Under the pieces are notes generated by a model. It was not told the DNA's origin and did not search any database. It saw nothing but the letters and a program-made list of their open reading frames with translations. 64,000 nt of DNA, taken from the IMG/VR virus record IMGVR_UViG_3300042399_002267. One strand, 5' to 3'. This DNA is from a virus. Shown piece after piece: positions 34,263-43,027 of the stretch (position 1 is its first letter; the number at the start of each line of letters is the position of its first letter). Position numbers and translations under genes: made by a program.

Positions 34263-34580
34263 TTAAATACCTTCCACATTCTTAATCATATCTGCAGTTA
34301 TTTCTCTATCATCTGGATTGAATATCAAAGATAATGGAGCTTCTCTAGATTTTAGAGCTATTGTGAAATTAATCAATTCTCTTCCAGCTAAATGTCGATC
34401 CATCCCTGTAAGTTCTTTGACATCATCCAAAGATAATGTACTCGTTAATGTAACATCTGATTTGACATCTTGCAATTGTAACCAAATGTATTGAACAACT
34501 TTTGGTTCATCTTCAGTGCCTTCTTCTTCTTTTAAGACTGCATCTAAAATCTTTACTTCTCTAACTACTGGTTTTCCCAT
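34263..34580 (-). CDS. Hypothetical protein
   Basis: 105-aa ORF directly under a strong promoter, abutting dut. Confidence 0.6.
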   Translation of the reverse strand: MGKPVVREVKILDAVLKEEEGTEDEPKVVQYIWLQLQDVKSDVTLTSTLSLDDVKELTGMDRHLAGRELINFTIALKSREAPLSLIFNPDDREITADMIKNVEGI

Positions 34581-34586
34581 AAAACG

Positions 34587-34615
34587 ATTTTACCACAAAA
34601 TAAATCTAATGTCAT
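34587..34615 (-). promoter_or_regulatory. sigma70-type extended -10 promoter, leaderless
   Basis: ATGACA-17-TAAAAT (TGg-TAAAAT)-6 nt-ATG(34580). Confidence 0.65.
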
Positions 34616-34616
34616 A

Positions 34617-34646
34617 AAAAAAGAGGGGATCTCTCCCCTCTTTTTT
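34617..34646 (-). terminator. Intrinsic terminator after nrdA
   Basis: AAAAAAGAGGGGA-4 nt-TCCCCTCTTTTTT. Confidence 0.85.
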
Positions 34647-34648
34647 AT

Positions 34649-37081
34649 TTATGACCCGCAGGCTTCACAATCTGGATTATCTAACCTACATTGAGGAGCA
34701 TCTACCTCTTCTTCCATAGGCTTGATTTCTATTTCAATCTTCTTTTCAGTTTGTTGAATGGAAGAAACATCAATTCCCAATCCCTTTAGAGCTTGAGCCT
34801 TTGGTTTAGTTCTAAGATAATACATACCTGTCTTCAAACCAATTTTCCATCCATAAAAATGAGCAGATGAAAGCTTGGATACAGTGGGTTCAGCCATAAA
34901 CATATTCAATGACTGAGACTGATCAATAAAATAATTACGATCCCTAGCCATTTCAAGAATTGACTTGCCTTTAATCTCCCAAACAGTCTTATATACTTCT
35001 TTGATATCTGCTGGAATTTCATCAATATTTTGAACAGAGCCATTGTCGATAATAAGCTTCATTCTGATATTGTCACTCCATATCCCAAGATTGACAAGAT
35101 CTTCAACCAAATGCTTATTGATAATTGCATATTCACCGGAAAGTGTATTTCTCTTGTAAATGTTTGCAGTGAATGGTTCAAAACATTCATTGTTCCCAAG
35201 AATTTGAGCAGTAGAAGCAGTAGGCATAGGAGCAACTAACAAAGAGTTTCTCAAACCGTGTGTCTTAATTTCTTCTTTAAGTGCTGAAAAATTCCACATA
35301 CCTGAAAGATCATTCTCAGTTAATCCCCAAAGATCATATTGCAATAACCCTTGAGACGCTGGGGATCCTTCGAATGAAGAATAAGACCCGTATTTCTTTG
35401 CTAAATCATTTGAAGCTGTCAATGCTGCAAAATAAATAGTCTCAAAAATATCTTTGTTTAATTTACGGGATTCATCTGAATCAAAAGCAATACCCATAAT
35501 AGCAAAAGTGTCTGCTAAACCTTGAACACCTAATCCGATAGGACGATGTTTGAAGTTAGAATTTGATGTCTCTTCTGTTGGATAATAGTTGATATCAATT
35601 ACTTGATTGAGATTGACAGTAGCCTGATAAGTAACATCAAACAAAGCTCTAAAGTCAAACTTGCGAAGCTTTTTATCCTTCTCTCTTACTTTACCTGATG
35701 GAATTAAGACATATTTAGGCAAAGCAATAGAGGCAAGATTACATACAGCAGTTTCATTCTTGTCAGTGTATTCAATAATTTCAGTACAGAGATTTGAAGA
35801 CTTGATTGTTCCAAGATTCTTTTGATTGCTCTTATAATTACATGCATCTTTGTAAAGCATATAAGGAGTGCCAGTTTCAATCTGTGAATCAAGAATCTTT
35901 TCCCACAATTCACGAGCCTTGACAGTCTTTAAACCCTTACCTTCAGCTTCATATTGTTCATACAAAACTGTGAAAGCTTTATTATCTGGTGAATCGTAAG
36001 CATCGATCAAACCTGGCACTTGTTCTGGTGAAAATAATGTCCAGTTGCCATTCTGCTCAACTCTTTGCATAAATAAGTCAGGTATCCACAAAGCTAAGAA
36101 CAGATCTCTTGCTCTCATTTCTTCCTTACCTTGATTCTTGCGAAGATCTAAGAAGTCATAAACATCTCCATGCCAAGGCTCAAGATAAACAGCAATGGAT
36201 CCTTTACGCTTGCCACCACCCTGATCAACATATCTTGCTGTCTCATTAAAGACACGAAGCATAGGGATAATTCCATTAGAATGTCCGTTGGTGCCCTTGA
36301 TATAACTACCTTTAGCGCGGATCTTATGAATGTTGATGCCAATACCGCCTGCTGACTGAGAAATTTTGGCACAGTCAGATAATGTCTTATAAATACCTGG
36401 AATAGAATCATCATCGACATCTAGTAAAAAACAAGATGACAATTGAGGTCGATTTGTACCAGCATTGAAAAGAGTTGGAGTGGCATGGGTAAAAAGACCT
36501 TGTGAAAGCATATCGTAAGTCTTTTGAACCATTTCTAAATTGTCACGCCAGATTCCAACTGCAACTCTCATGTATAGATGCTGAGGAGTTTCCGCTGCTT
36601 TACCATCAACTTTAAGCAAATAAGATTTTTTCAATGTCATGAATCCAAAGAAATCAAAATTGAAATCACGATCATGCACAATCATTGCATCAAGTTCATT
36701 TGCATGGTTTTGAATTACTGAATATACTTCATCAGATATCATTCCAGACTTTTCGCCAGTTTTAGGATTGATATATTCATAGAGCTTTGTGGCAACTCTG
36801 GAGAAATCTTTTTCTACATCCTTGTACAGAGCAGTAATAGCAATACGAGCAGCCAACTTACCATAATCAGGATGGGTAGTAATCATAGAAGCAGCAGTCT
36901 CAGCACTTAATTGATCAAGCTCTGTGCTGCTTACACCATCATAAAGACCAGATACAACCTTAGTGCTGACAAGATCTGGATCAACCATATCGTGCAAACT
37001 ATAAGTTAGCTTCTTAATCCTGGAGCCAATTTTTTCAAGCTTAAGTGGCTCTTTTGTTCCATTGCGCTTTAAAATATCCAT
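34649..37081 (-). CDS. nrdA: Class Ia ribonucleotide reductase alpha subunit with an N-terminal ATP cone
   Basis: IKRNG ATP cone, HATPTLFNAG, QLSSCFL, SSNLCTEI, AVCNL, APMPTAST, YYLR and C-terminal CxxC. Confidence 0.95.
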   Translation of the reverse strand: MDILKRNGTKEPLKLEKIGSRIKKLTYSLHDMVDPDLVSTKVVSGLYDGVSSTELDQLSAETAASMITTHPDYGKLAARIAITALYKDVEKDFSRVATKLYEYINPKTGEKSGMISDEVYSVIQNHANELDAMIVHDRDFNFDFFGFMTLKKSYLLKVDGKAAETPQHLYMRVAVGIWRDNLEMVQKTYDMLSQGLFTHATPTLFNAGTNRPQLSSCFLLDVDDDSIPGIYKTLSDCAKISQSAGGIGINIHKIRAKGSYIKGTNGHSNGIIPMLRVFNETARYVDQGGGKRKGSIAVYLEPWHGDVYDFLDLRKNQGKEEMRARDLFLALWIPDLFMQRVEQNGNWTLFSPEQVPGLIDAYDSPDNKAFTVLYEQYEAEGKGLKTVKARELWEKILDSQIETGTPYMLYKDACNYKSNQKNLGTIKSSNLCTEIIEYTDKNETAVCNLASIALPKYVLIPSGKVREKDKKLRKFDFRALFDVTYQATVNLNQVIDINYYPTEETSNSNFKHRPIGLGVQGLADTFAIMGIAFDSDESRKLNKDIFETIYFAALTASNDLAKKYGSYSSFEGSPASQGLLQYDLWGLTENDLSGMWNFSALKEEIKTHGLRNSLLVAPMPTASTAQILGNNECFEPFTANIYKRNTLSGEYAIINKHLVEDLVNLGIWSDNIRMKLIIDNGSVQNIDEIPADIKEVYKTVWEIKGKSILEMARDRNYFIDQSQSLNMFMAEPTVSKLSSAHFYGWKIGLKTGMYYLRTKPKAQALKGLGIDVSSIQQTEKKIEIEIKPMEEEVDAPQCRLDNPDCEACGS

Positions 37082-37083
37082 AC

Positions 37084-38040
37084 TTAGAAATCCTCGTCAA
37101 ATGAGATTTGTTCTTTAACTTCACCAACACCACTTTTGACATAGTCAGCCACTCTCTTCTCAAAGAAATTGGTTTTATTAGCCATAGCAATATTTTGCAT
37201 AAAGTCAAACGGGTTCTCAGCATTGTATATCTTGCCAACACCAAGATCCATCAGTAGTCTATCAGAAACATATTCAAGATATTGCTTCATAAGATTTGAA
37301 TTCATGCCAATCAAGCTCACTGGCAATGCTTCTGTGATAAATTCTTTTTCAATAACAAGAGCTGAATCGATAATCTCAATTAATCGCTCTTTTGATAATT
37401 TATTTTCAACATGATTATTGTATAGATGAACAGCAAAATCTGTATGCAAACCTTCATCACGGGAAATTAATTCATTGGAAAAAGATAAACCTGGCATTAA
37501 CCCACGCTTCTTTAGCCAGAAAATTGAACAGAAAGATCCAGAGAAGAAAATTCCCTCAACAGCAGCAAAGGCAACAAGGCGCTCGACAAAAGATTCAGAA
37601 CCAATCCACTTAAGTGCCCATTCTGCCTTCTTCTGAACAGCTGGAACGGTATCAATTGCATTGAATAAATAATTCTGTTCTTCTTTATCTTTGATATATG
37701 TATCAATCAAAAGAGAATAGGTTTCTGAGTGGATGTTTTCCATCATAATCTGGAAACCATAGAAAAATTTAGCCTCTGTGTACTGCACTTCAGAAACGAA
37801 ATTTTCAGCTAAGTTTTCATTTACAATGCCATCAGATGCAGCAAAGAATGCTAAGACATGCTTGACAAAATGTTTCTCACCTTCATTCAATTTATCCCAA
37901 TCTGTCAAGTCTTGGGATAAATCAATCTCCTCAGCTGTCCAGAAAACTTGTTGAGCTTTCTTGTAATAATCCCAAATATCATGATGCTGTAACGGAAACA
38001 AAACAAACCTATTTTTATTCTCTTCTAGTATCTTTTCCAT
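37084..38040 (-). CDS. nrdB: Class Ia ribonucleotide reductase beta subunit
   Basis: [52 protein letters not shown] and NFFE. Start is ATG 38040 or TTG 38052. Confidence 0.95.
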   Translation of the reverse strand: MEKILEENKNRFVLFPLQHHDIWDYYKKAQQVFWTAEEIDLSQDLTDWDKLNEGEKHFVKHVLAFFAASDGIVNENLAENFVSEVQYTEAKFFYGFQIMMENIHSETYSLLIDTYIKDKEEQNYLFNAIDTVPAVQKKAEWALKWIGSESFVERLVAFAAVEGIFFSGSFCSIFWLKKRGLMPGLSFSNELISRDEGLHTDFAVHLYNNHVENKLSKERLIEIIDSALVIEKEFITEALPVSLIGMNSNLMKQYLEYVSDRLLMDLGVGKIYNAENPFDFMQNIAMANKTNFFEKRVADYVKSGVGEVKEQISFDEDF

Positions 38041-38057
38041 AATTTTTGACAATAAAA

Positions 38058-38084
38058 AATATCTGAAGCAATTTATCAGATATT
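38058..38084 (-). terminator. Stem-loop with a U-tract upstream of nrdB
   Basis: AATATCTGA-9 nt-TCAGATATT followed by tttt on the minus strand. Confidence 0.5.
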
Positions 38085-38131
38085 CTTATATACCTTCCTG
38101 TTATTTATCGTGCGGGTTATTTTTCTAATAG

Positions 38132-38563
38132 TCAAACATCTTCCAATGCTTCTGGTCTTAATTTGCGTAATATTTCTACCACTTCAAAAAGATTCTTTTG
38201 AGCAATGTTTCGTTTCAATAGATAGTTTACCATATCATCGACAACTTCGCTAAAATCTTTTTCAGTGACATTGCTTATATATTTTGCACATTTTATAAAT
38301 GCTGCATCAAATATATATTGAGATTGCAAATTATTAGTTTCAAAAAACGTATTTTTCACTTTATTAAATGAAATATTAAATTCACCTTTGTACGCCATGG
38401 CAACACTTCTCAATGTAGTCCACGGAGTGTAAGATCTGTACTTTATATTCTGATCACCAGAAGACAATTCCTGAGTAAATGTTAAATCACTTGGTAGTTT
38501 TTCACCAATCAAAAGCTTCCTGACTAAATCTTTTTTGAGTTTTTCTGAGTCGTTTGAATTCAT
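38132..38563 (-). CDS. Hypothetical protein
   Basis: Open frame; ATG 38563 is preferred and overlaps the deaminase 3' end. Confidence 0.5.
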   Translation of the reverse strand: MNSNDSEKLKKDLVRKLLIGEKLPSDLTFTQELSSGDQNIKYRSYTPWTTLRSVAMAYKGEFNISFNKVKNTFFETNNLQSQYIFDAAFIKCAKYISNVTEKDFSEVVDDMVNYLLKRNIAQKNLFEVVEILRKLRPEALEDV

Positions 38564-38996
38564 AGTAATTATCACCACTGCAGCGTAAAATTAGATTCTC
38601 ATTTAGCAAATCTGTATCAGTCCACCAAACATGTTCTATCTTAGCCATTTGCAAGGCTTTTTCACAATTGGGGCAAGGTTTAGCCAATCTAAATTTGCCA
38701 TGTCTATTAATTCTGATACTTAATATAATAAGATCATCCTCTATACTTGATAAATCTAATTTGGATATAACATCACATTCTGCATGAATATATGGATAGT
38801 TTTTCCATTTTTCAATGTTCCACATTCGTCCTATTCTCAAGGCACTTTTAGAACCAGATGTTTCGTTATTCTTGCCCCACACTAATACTTTATTTTTTCT
38901 TATGGCAAAAGCATAATGAAAACAAGGTTTTGATTGATCAGATTTCCAATCATCAAATGCTATTTTCAATGCACGTCTTAATGCCAAACTATTCAT
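38502..38996 (-). CDS. Cytidine/deoxycytidylate deaminase-family Zn protein
   Basis: IHAECDVI and AKPCPNC zinc-binding motifs. Confidence 0.8.
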   Translation of the reverse strand: MNSLALRRALKIAFDDWKSDQSKPCFHYAFAIRKNKVLVWGKNNETSGSKSALRIGRMWNIEKWKNYPYIHAECDVISKLDLSSIEDDLIILSIRINRHGKFRLAKPCPNCEKALQMAKIEHVWWTDTDLLNENLILRCSGDNYYEFKRLRKTQKRFSQEAFDW

Positions 38997-39379
38997 TACA
39001 ATGCAAATTTTATGTCAATTGCGAAGATTCTGGTAGATATACCCTTTGCCTTTTTCCCCGCAATTTCTGCACTATATTCCGATTGTCTGCAAATAAGAAC
39101 AGAGCCATTTGTTAACGATTCTACTTCTCTTGACGCTAATCTAAATGCTGACATGACTGAAGAGAGAGCAGTTGGTCCCACAGACAAAACTCTTACATAC
39201 TCATGTTCTTTTAAAACATGCAAAATGCTTCTTGATAAACCTATAGGATCAGTTGGTCTTCTGGAATCATCAGGATCATTAGGATCTCCACCTCGTGCTT
39301 TGAGAATCCTAGGATCTGTAATTTTTGGTTTCTTTTCATTGTTTGCAATTTTGTTTACTGGTTCTTCAATTATATCCAT
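38996..39379 (-). CDS. spoVS: Stage V sporulation protein S-like (SpoVS, Alba-like fold)
   Basis: ILKA..., P.GLSRSI..VLKE, V.V.SVGPTALSSVMSAF.LA, LIC and .IAG......I align with SpoVS. Confidence 0.65.
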   Translation of the reverse strand: MDIIEEPVNKIANNEKKPKITDPRILKARGGDPNDPDDSRRPTDPIGLSRSILHVLKEHEYVRVLSVGPTALSSVMSAFRLASREVESLTNGSVLICRQSEYSAEIAGKKAKGISTRIFAIDIKFAL

Positions 39380-39383
39380 TTTT

Positions 39384-40343
39384 TTATCCTTCTAGCCCAA
39401 CTAAAGCCATCTTATTCTTTACATTTTCAAGTGCTTCTTGAAATTCAGTTAATGTACAATTGTAAACTTTAGGATCGTACTTAATATCCTTTGTACCGCT
39501 TAATGCTGAGTTGATAATTTTAAATTCAATTTCGTTCATGCTGTAACGCATTAGATTTTGGATTTTATTTTTGTCTTCTACATGATCATAATAACAATTT
39601 TCATCGTCATCTTCTTCAGACATGTATACACTCATTGCACGAGGTGAAATTGTTTGGTAATTTGGATAGAGTTCATTGAATTTTTGAAATAACATAGAAG
39701 AGTGTTTTGATAAAAAATGTTTCTTTAATGCTAAAAGAGTAATAATTTTTTGACAAACTTCGCAACCATTTTCTGTTTTATTATCACAATCTGGAAGACA
39801 TTCAAATGTTCTTGGCATTTTGTGAGACTTGCAAAATGGACAATGAGAAATATTATCTAAATGAATATTAATATTTTCTAAATGAAGCCATAGAATTTCA
39901 CTATGATGATTTAAGATGTGTGTGGAAAGTGGATTTACCCATTTTTCACAAATTGGACATTTTTGTGATGGATTTCTTTTGCCAGCATTGTCAGCTTTAA
40001 CTAAATTGATATAATTATGTTGTAATGCGCCAATAAAATAATTCTTAAATTCACCAGAACCATCATAGCGAGACTTTTTTCTTGCTCCTCTTGGTTTCCA
40101 GTTTGACAAAACATTGCAGAAAATTCTAATATAGTCTTGAGCAAAATCTTCTTGAGAATCATATAAATAATGATATTGATTCCACCACTCTTGCATATGT
40201 AGCATAGGTGGATAAAGTTTACAAATATCTTTATAGTGTTTGTCTATTAGAATCTTATTTCCAGAAACTAATGATTTTTGATAACGTAAAATTGCTTGCT
40301 CTAAATTTTCTTGAACTTTTAGGTGCTTTATATCATTTAACAC
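39384..40343 (-). CDS. Sigma-70-like protein with an internal C2H2-type zinc-finger insert
   Basis: Region-2-like SQEDFAQDY..W.P..FKNYF.GAL.HNYINLVK; then CPIC..H...H, CPFC, C..C and CEVC..H...H; then MNEIEFKII. Confidence 0.45.
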   Translation of the reverse strand: MLNDIKHLKVQENLEQAILRYQKSLVSGNKILIDKHYKDICKLYPPMLHMQEWWNQYHYLYDSQEDFAQDYIRIFCNVLSNWKPRGARKKSRYDGSGEFKNYFIGALQHNYINLVKADNAGKRNPSQKCPICEKWVNPLSTHILNHHSEILWLHLENINIHLDNISHCPFCKSHKMPRTFECLPDCDNKTENGCEVCQKIITLLALKKHFLSKHSSMLFQKFNELYPNYQTISPRAMSVYMSEEDDDENCYYDHVEDKNKIQNLMRYSMNEIEFKIINSALSGTKDIKYDPKVYNCTLTEFQEALENVKNKMALVGLEG

Positions 40344-40370
40344 AAAAGAACCCTCCCCGATAATAAAAAT

Positions 40371-40399
40371 ATTATAGTGCTGGAGGGTTGATTTGTAAA
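40371..40399 (-). promoter_or_regulatory. Near-consensus sigma70 promoter embedded in an SD-sequestering hairpin
   Basis: TTTACA-17-TATAAT, overlapping the inverted repeat AACCCTCC/GGAGGGTT (40349-40389). Confidence 0.7.
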
Positions 40400-42181
40400 C
40401 TACTTTGAATGCTTGATGTCTTCTATAATCAACACTAAGCTATTTTTACCAGTAAATGTGTCAATTTCAAGAGTGTAAACAAGATCTACTACATCATCAA
40501 CCTTAAAACTATCAATTAAATAACCTCTGCGCCAAGCATTTGCAGATATCCAAGATTTTCCATCTGTAAATTTAATTTTTAAATGCTTGCCTTGTGATAA
40601 TGGTTTTAATTCTGATATTTTAATACCCTTGGTGAAAAATAAGGGATTTGGATTTTCAGCACCGAAAGGAGCCAATCTTAATAAGTGATTGTATGTTTTA
40701 TAATTTAGATCACCAAACATGAGTTTTGAATCTACTTCAATCTCTTTTATATTTGTTGGATCACCAATAACATTTGATGCATATTCATTCAATGCATCTC
40801 TCATTGCTGGAATATTATTAATAGCAAGTTCAAATCCAGCTGCAAAAGCATGTCCACCACAAACAGTTGAACCATCTGCTCTTTTCTTAAACAATGCCCA
40901 TGCTTTTTCAGATTTCAATGCATTCAAGATGTTAAAGTTTCGAGTGGAACGACAAGAACCTTTTGCATATCCATCAGTTTTAAAAGAACACACTAAAGTA
41001 GGTTTATTATAAACTTCTGCTATTTTCCCAGCAATCAAACCAATCAATCCTGGATGCCAATCATCTGCACCAAGTATTAGTATATGTTCCTTTTCTAAAT
41101 CAAAGTTTTTTTCAACGTATGCTACAGCTTGTGCAATATTTTCTTCTTGTTGTTTTTGTCTTTTAGTGTTTGCATTATTCAATGTATTTGCTAAAGACTT
41201 TGCAATAAAATCATCTTCAGCCAATAACAAAGATAAAGCTGTTCCAGAATCAGCCAATCTTCCAATAGCATTAATTCTTGGACCTATTTGAAATCCAATA
41301 CTTGTTGTGGTGACTTCCTTGACTCCAGCAACTCGTAAAAGTTCTTGTATTCCAGGTTTTGTACTTCTGCTTAAAATTTTACAACCATAGTCTACAATTA
41401 TGCGATTTTCATCTAACATTGGAGCAACGTCAGCTACTGTACCCAAAGCAGCAAATTCAATAAGATCATCTATCAAACTCATAATATCCATCTTGCGAGT
41501 TTTAGCTAATCCGAGCATTAATTTAAATGCAATACCACACCCTGCAAGATAATCAAAAGGATATCTCTTAAAATCTTCAGTTTTATGAGACTTGAAATGT
41601 TCTCCAGGATAGTTAGGGTCATCTCTGTTAGGATTCACAACCCCAATACAATTTGGTATTTTTCCATCATCAGAAGGATGGTGGTGATCTGTGACTATCA
41701 AATCTAAACCACATTTTTTAGCATATTCAGCTGTTTCAAATGCAACAATTCCACAGTCCACAGACATGAGCAATTTAGCTTCACGAGAAATGGCTTCATC
41801 TACAGAATGAACTTTGATATCATATCCATCTTCCATTCTGTGGGGAACTTTATATTCAAGATTGGCTCCCATCTTTTTAAGTGCTGTGACAACAATAGCA
41901 GTGGAAGTGATTCCATCAACATCGTAATCTCCCCATACAAAAATCTTTTCCTGATTGTCAATAGCATAATTAATTCTGTCTACAACAGGTTTGAAATCTG
42001 GCAACAATGACGGGTTGTGCAAATGTTTGATTTCTGTTTTAAGAAAATCATTAGCATCTTCAAGATTTGTGATTCCTCTTACTGCTAAAACTTTGGCAAT
42101 TGTTGCTGGCATTTCAAGATCAAATGCTAACTCGTCTACAAGACCATTATCAGCTTTTTTGAGTTTCCAAATTGTTTCCAT
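40400..42181 (-). CDS. recJ: Single-stranded DNA exonuclease RecJ
   Basis: GDYDVDGITS, VDCG, TDHH, ALGTVADV, GPRINAIGRL, WHPGLIGL, KGSCRS, GGHAFAAG and LAPFG..NP.P. Confidence 0.95.
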   Translation of the reverse strand: METIWKLKKADNGLVDELAFDLEMPATIAKVLAVRGITNLEDANDFLKTEIKHLHNPSLLPDFKPVVDRINYAIDNQEKIFVWGDYDVDGITSTAIVVTALKKMGANLEYKVPHRMEDGYDIKVHSVDEAISREAKLLMSVDCGIVAFETAEYAKKCGLDLIVTDHHHPSDDGKIPNCIGVVNPNRDDPNYPGEHFKSHKTEDFKRYPFDYLAGCGIAFKLMLGLAKTRKMDIMSLIDDLIEFAALGTVADVAPMLDENRIIVDYGCKILSRSTKPGIQELLRVAGVKEVTTTSIGFQIGPRINAIGRLADSGTALSLLLAEDDFIAKSLANTLNNANTKRQKQQEENIAQAVAYVEKNFDLEKEHILILGADDWHPGLIGLIAGKIAEVYNKPTLVCSFKTDGYAKGSCRSTRNFNILNALKSEKAWALFKKRADGSTVCGGHAFAAGFELAINNIPAMRDALNEYASNVIGDPTNIKEIEVDSKLMFGDLNYKTYNHLLRLAPFGAENPNPLFFTKGIKISELKPLSQGKHLKIKFTDGKSWISANAWRRGYLIDSFKVDDVVDLVYTLEIDTFTGKNSLVLIIEDIKHSK

Positions 42182-42936
42182 TATATTTTTACCAATAAGT
42201 CCTGTTGACCAGAAGATATCATTTCCTTTATAGACTCATCTAAAAAAGAAATATCATACTTGCTAGCAAAATCATCAGGGTCCATACCTTTAGGCAATAA
42301 AACCCTATGAGCTTTTAAAGAGTATTCTTTAATTTTAGATAGTATTTTTTCTGATGCAATTTTACCAGCATCATCAGAATCCATTATCACTATAATATTA
42401 TCGCAATATCTTGCTGCTAAAGCAATTTGATAATCTGATATAGAAGTGCCACACAATGCACATGTATTCTGATACCCATTATCGTAAAAACTATACACAT
42501 CAAAGTATCCCTCTACTAAGATGATATAGTTTCTTATAATTGCTTCTTTTTTAGCATTATTTAGAAAAAATAAATTTCTTGTTTTTTGATAAGGCTCATT
42601 TATCCATTTGCCTTTATTCCATTTATTAATTCTGTCTTGACATTTTGCCGGTTCATGACTATATGAATCCCAAAATGATTGAACAGTCATTTCTGCTGCT
42701 TTTGGAATTTGGCGACCAGCTAGAGCAATAATTTTTCCATCAACATCACAAATGGGAACTATTAATCTTCCCCTCAATAATGGAAAATGATATCTAGAAT
42801 ATGATGGACAAAATCCCACTAAATTATCATCTACTATTCTTTTGGATAAATTTCTAGTAGCATAATATTCTTGGGCAATGTTACTATCAGATAAATTACG
42901 AGTAAATTGATTATAATATGCCTTGCGATCTTCCAT
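42181..42936 (-). CDS. dnaG: DNA primase catalytic core (RNAP plus TOPRIM), lacking the zinc-binding domain
   Basis: GRLIVPI.D..G.IIA.AGR, KWIN, LVEGYFDV, LCGTS and MDSDDAG, KGMDPDD. Confidence 0.85.
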   Translation of the reverse strand: MEDRKAYYNQFTRNLSDSNIAQEYYATRNLSKRIVDDNLVGFCPSYSRYHFPLLRGRLIVPICDVDGKIIALAGRQIPKAAEMTVQSFWDSYSHEPAKCQDRINKWNKGKWINEPYQKTRNLFFLNNAKKEAIIRNYIILVEGYFDVYSFYDNGYQNTCALCGTSISDYQIALAARYCDNIIVIMDSDDAGKIASEKILSKIKEYSLKAHRVLLPKGMDPDDFASKYDISFLDESIKEMISSGQQDLLVKI

Positions 42937-42942
42937 CTTGTG

Positions 42943-42971
42943 ATTATCTCACATTAAAGGAACTTTAGCAA
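42943..42971 (-). promoter_or_regulatory. sigma70-type promoter for a leaderless primase transcript
   Basis: TTGCTA-17-GATAAT-6 nt-ATG(42936). Confidence 0.55.
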
Positions 42972-42982
42972 CTAACGTATAA
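42957..42982 (+). promoter_or_regulatory. Putative late promoter AAGGA-N16-TATAA
   Basis: Same spacing as the other late sites; upstream of the 43028 gene and overlapping the divergent primase promoter. Confidence 0.45.
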
Positions 42983-43027
42983 AACTTAAACCAGAGTAAG
43001 AATCTTTTCTTTATTAGGAATTTTGTC

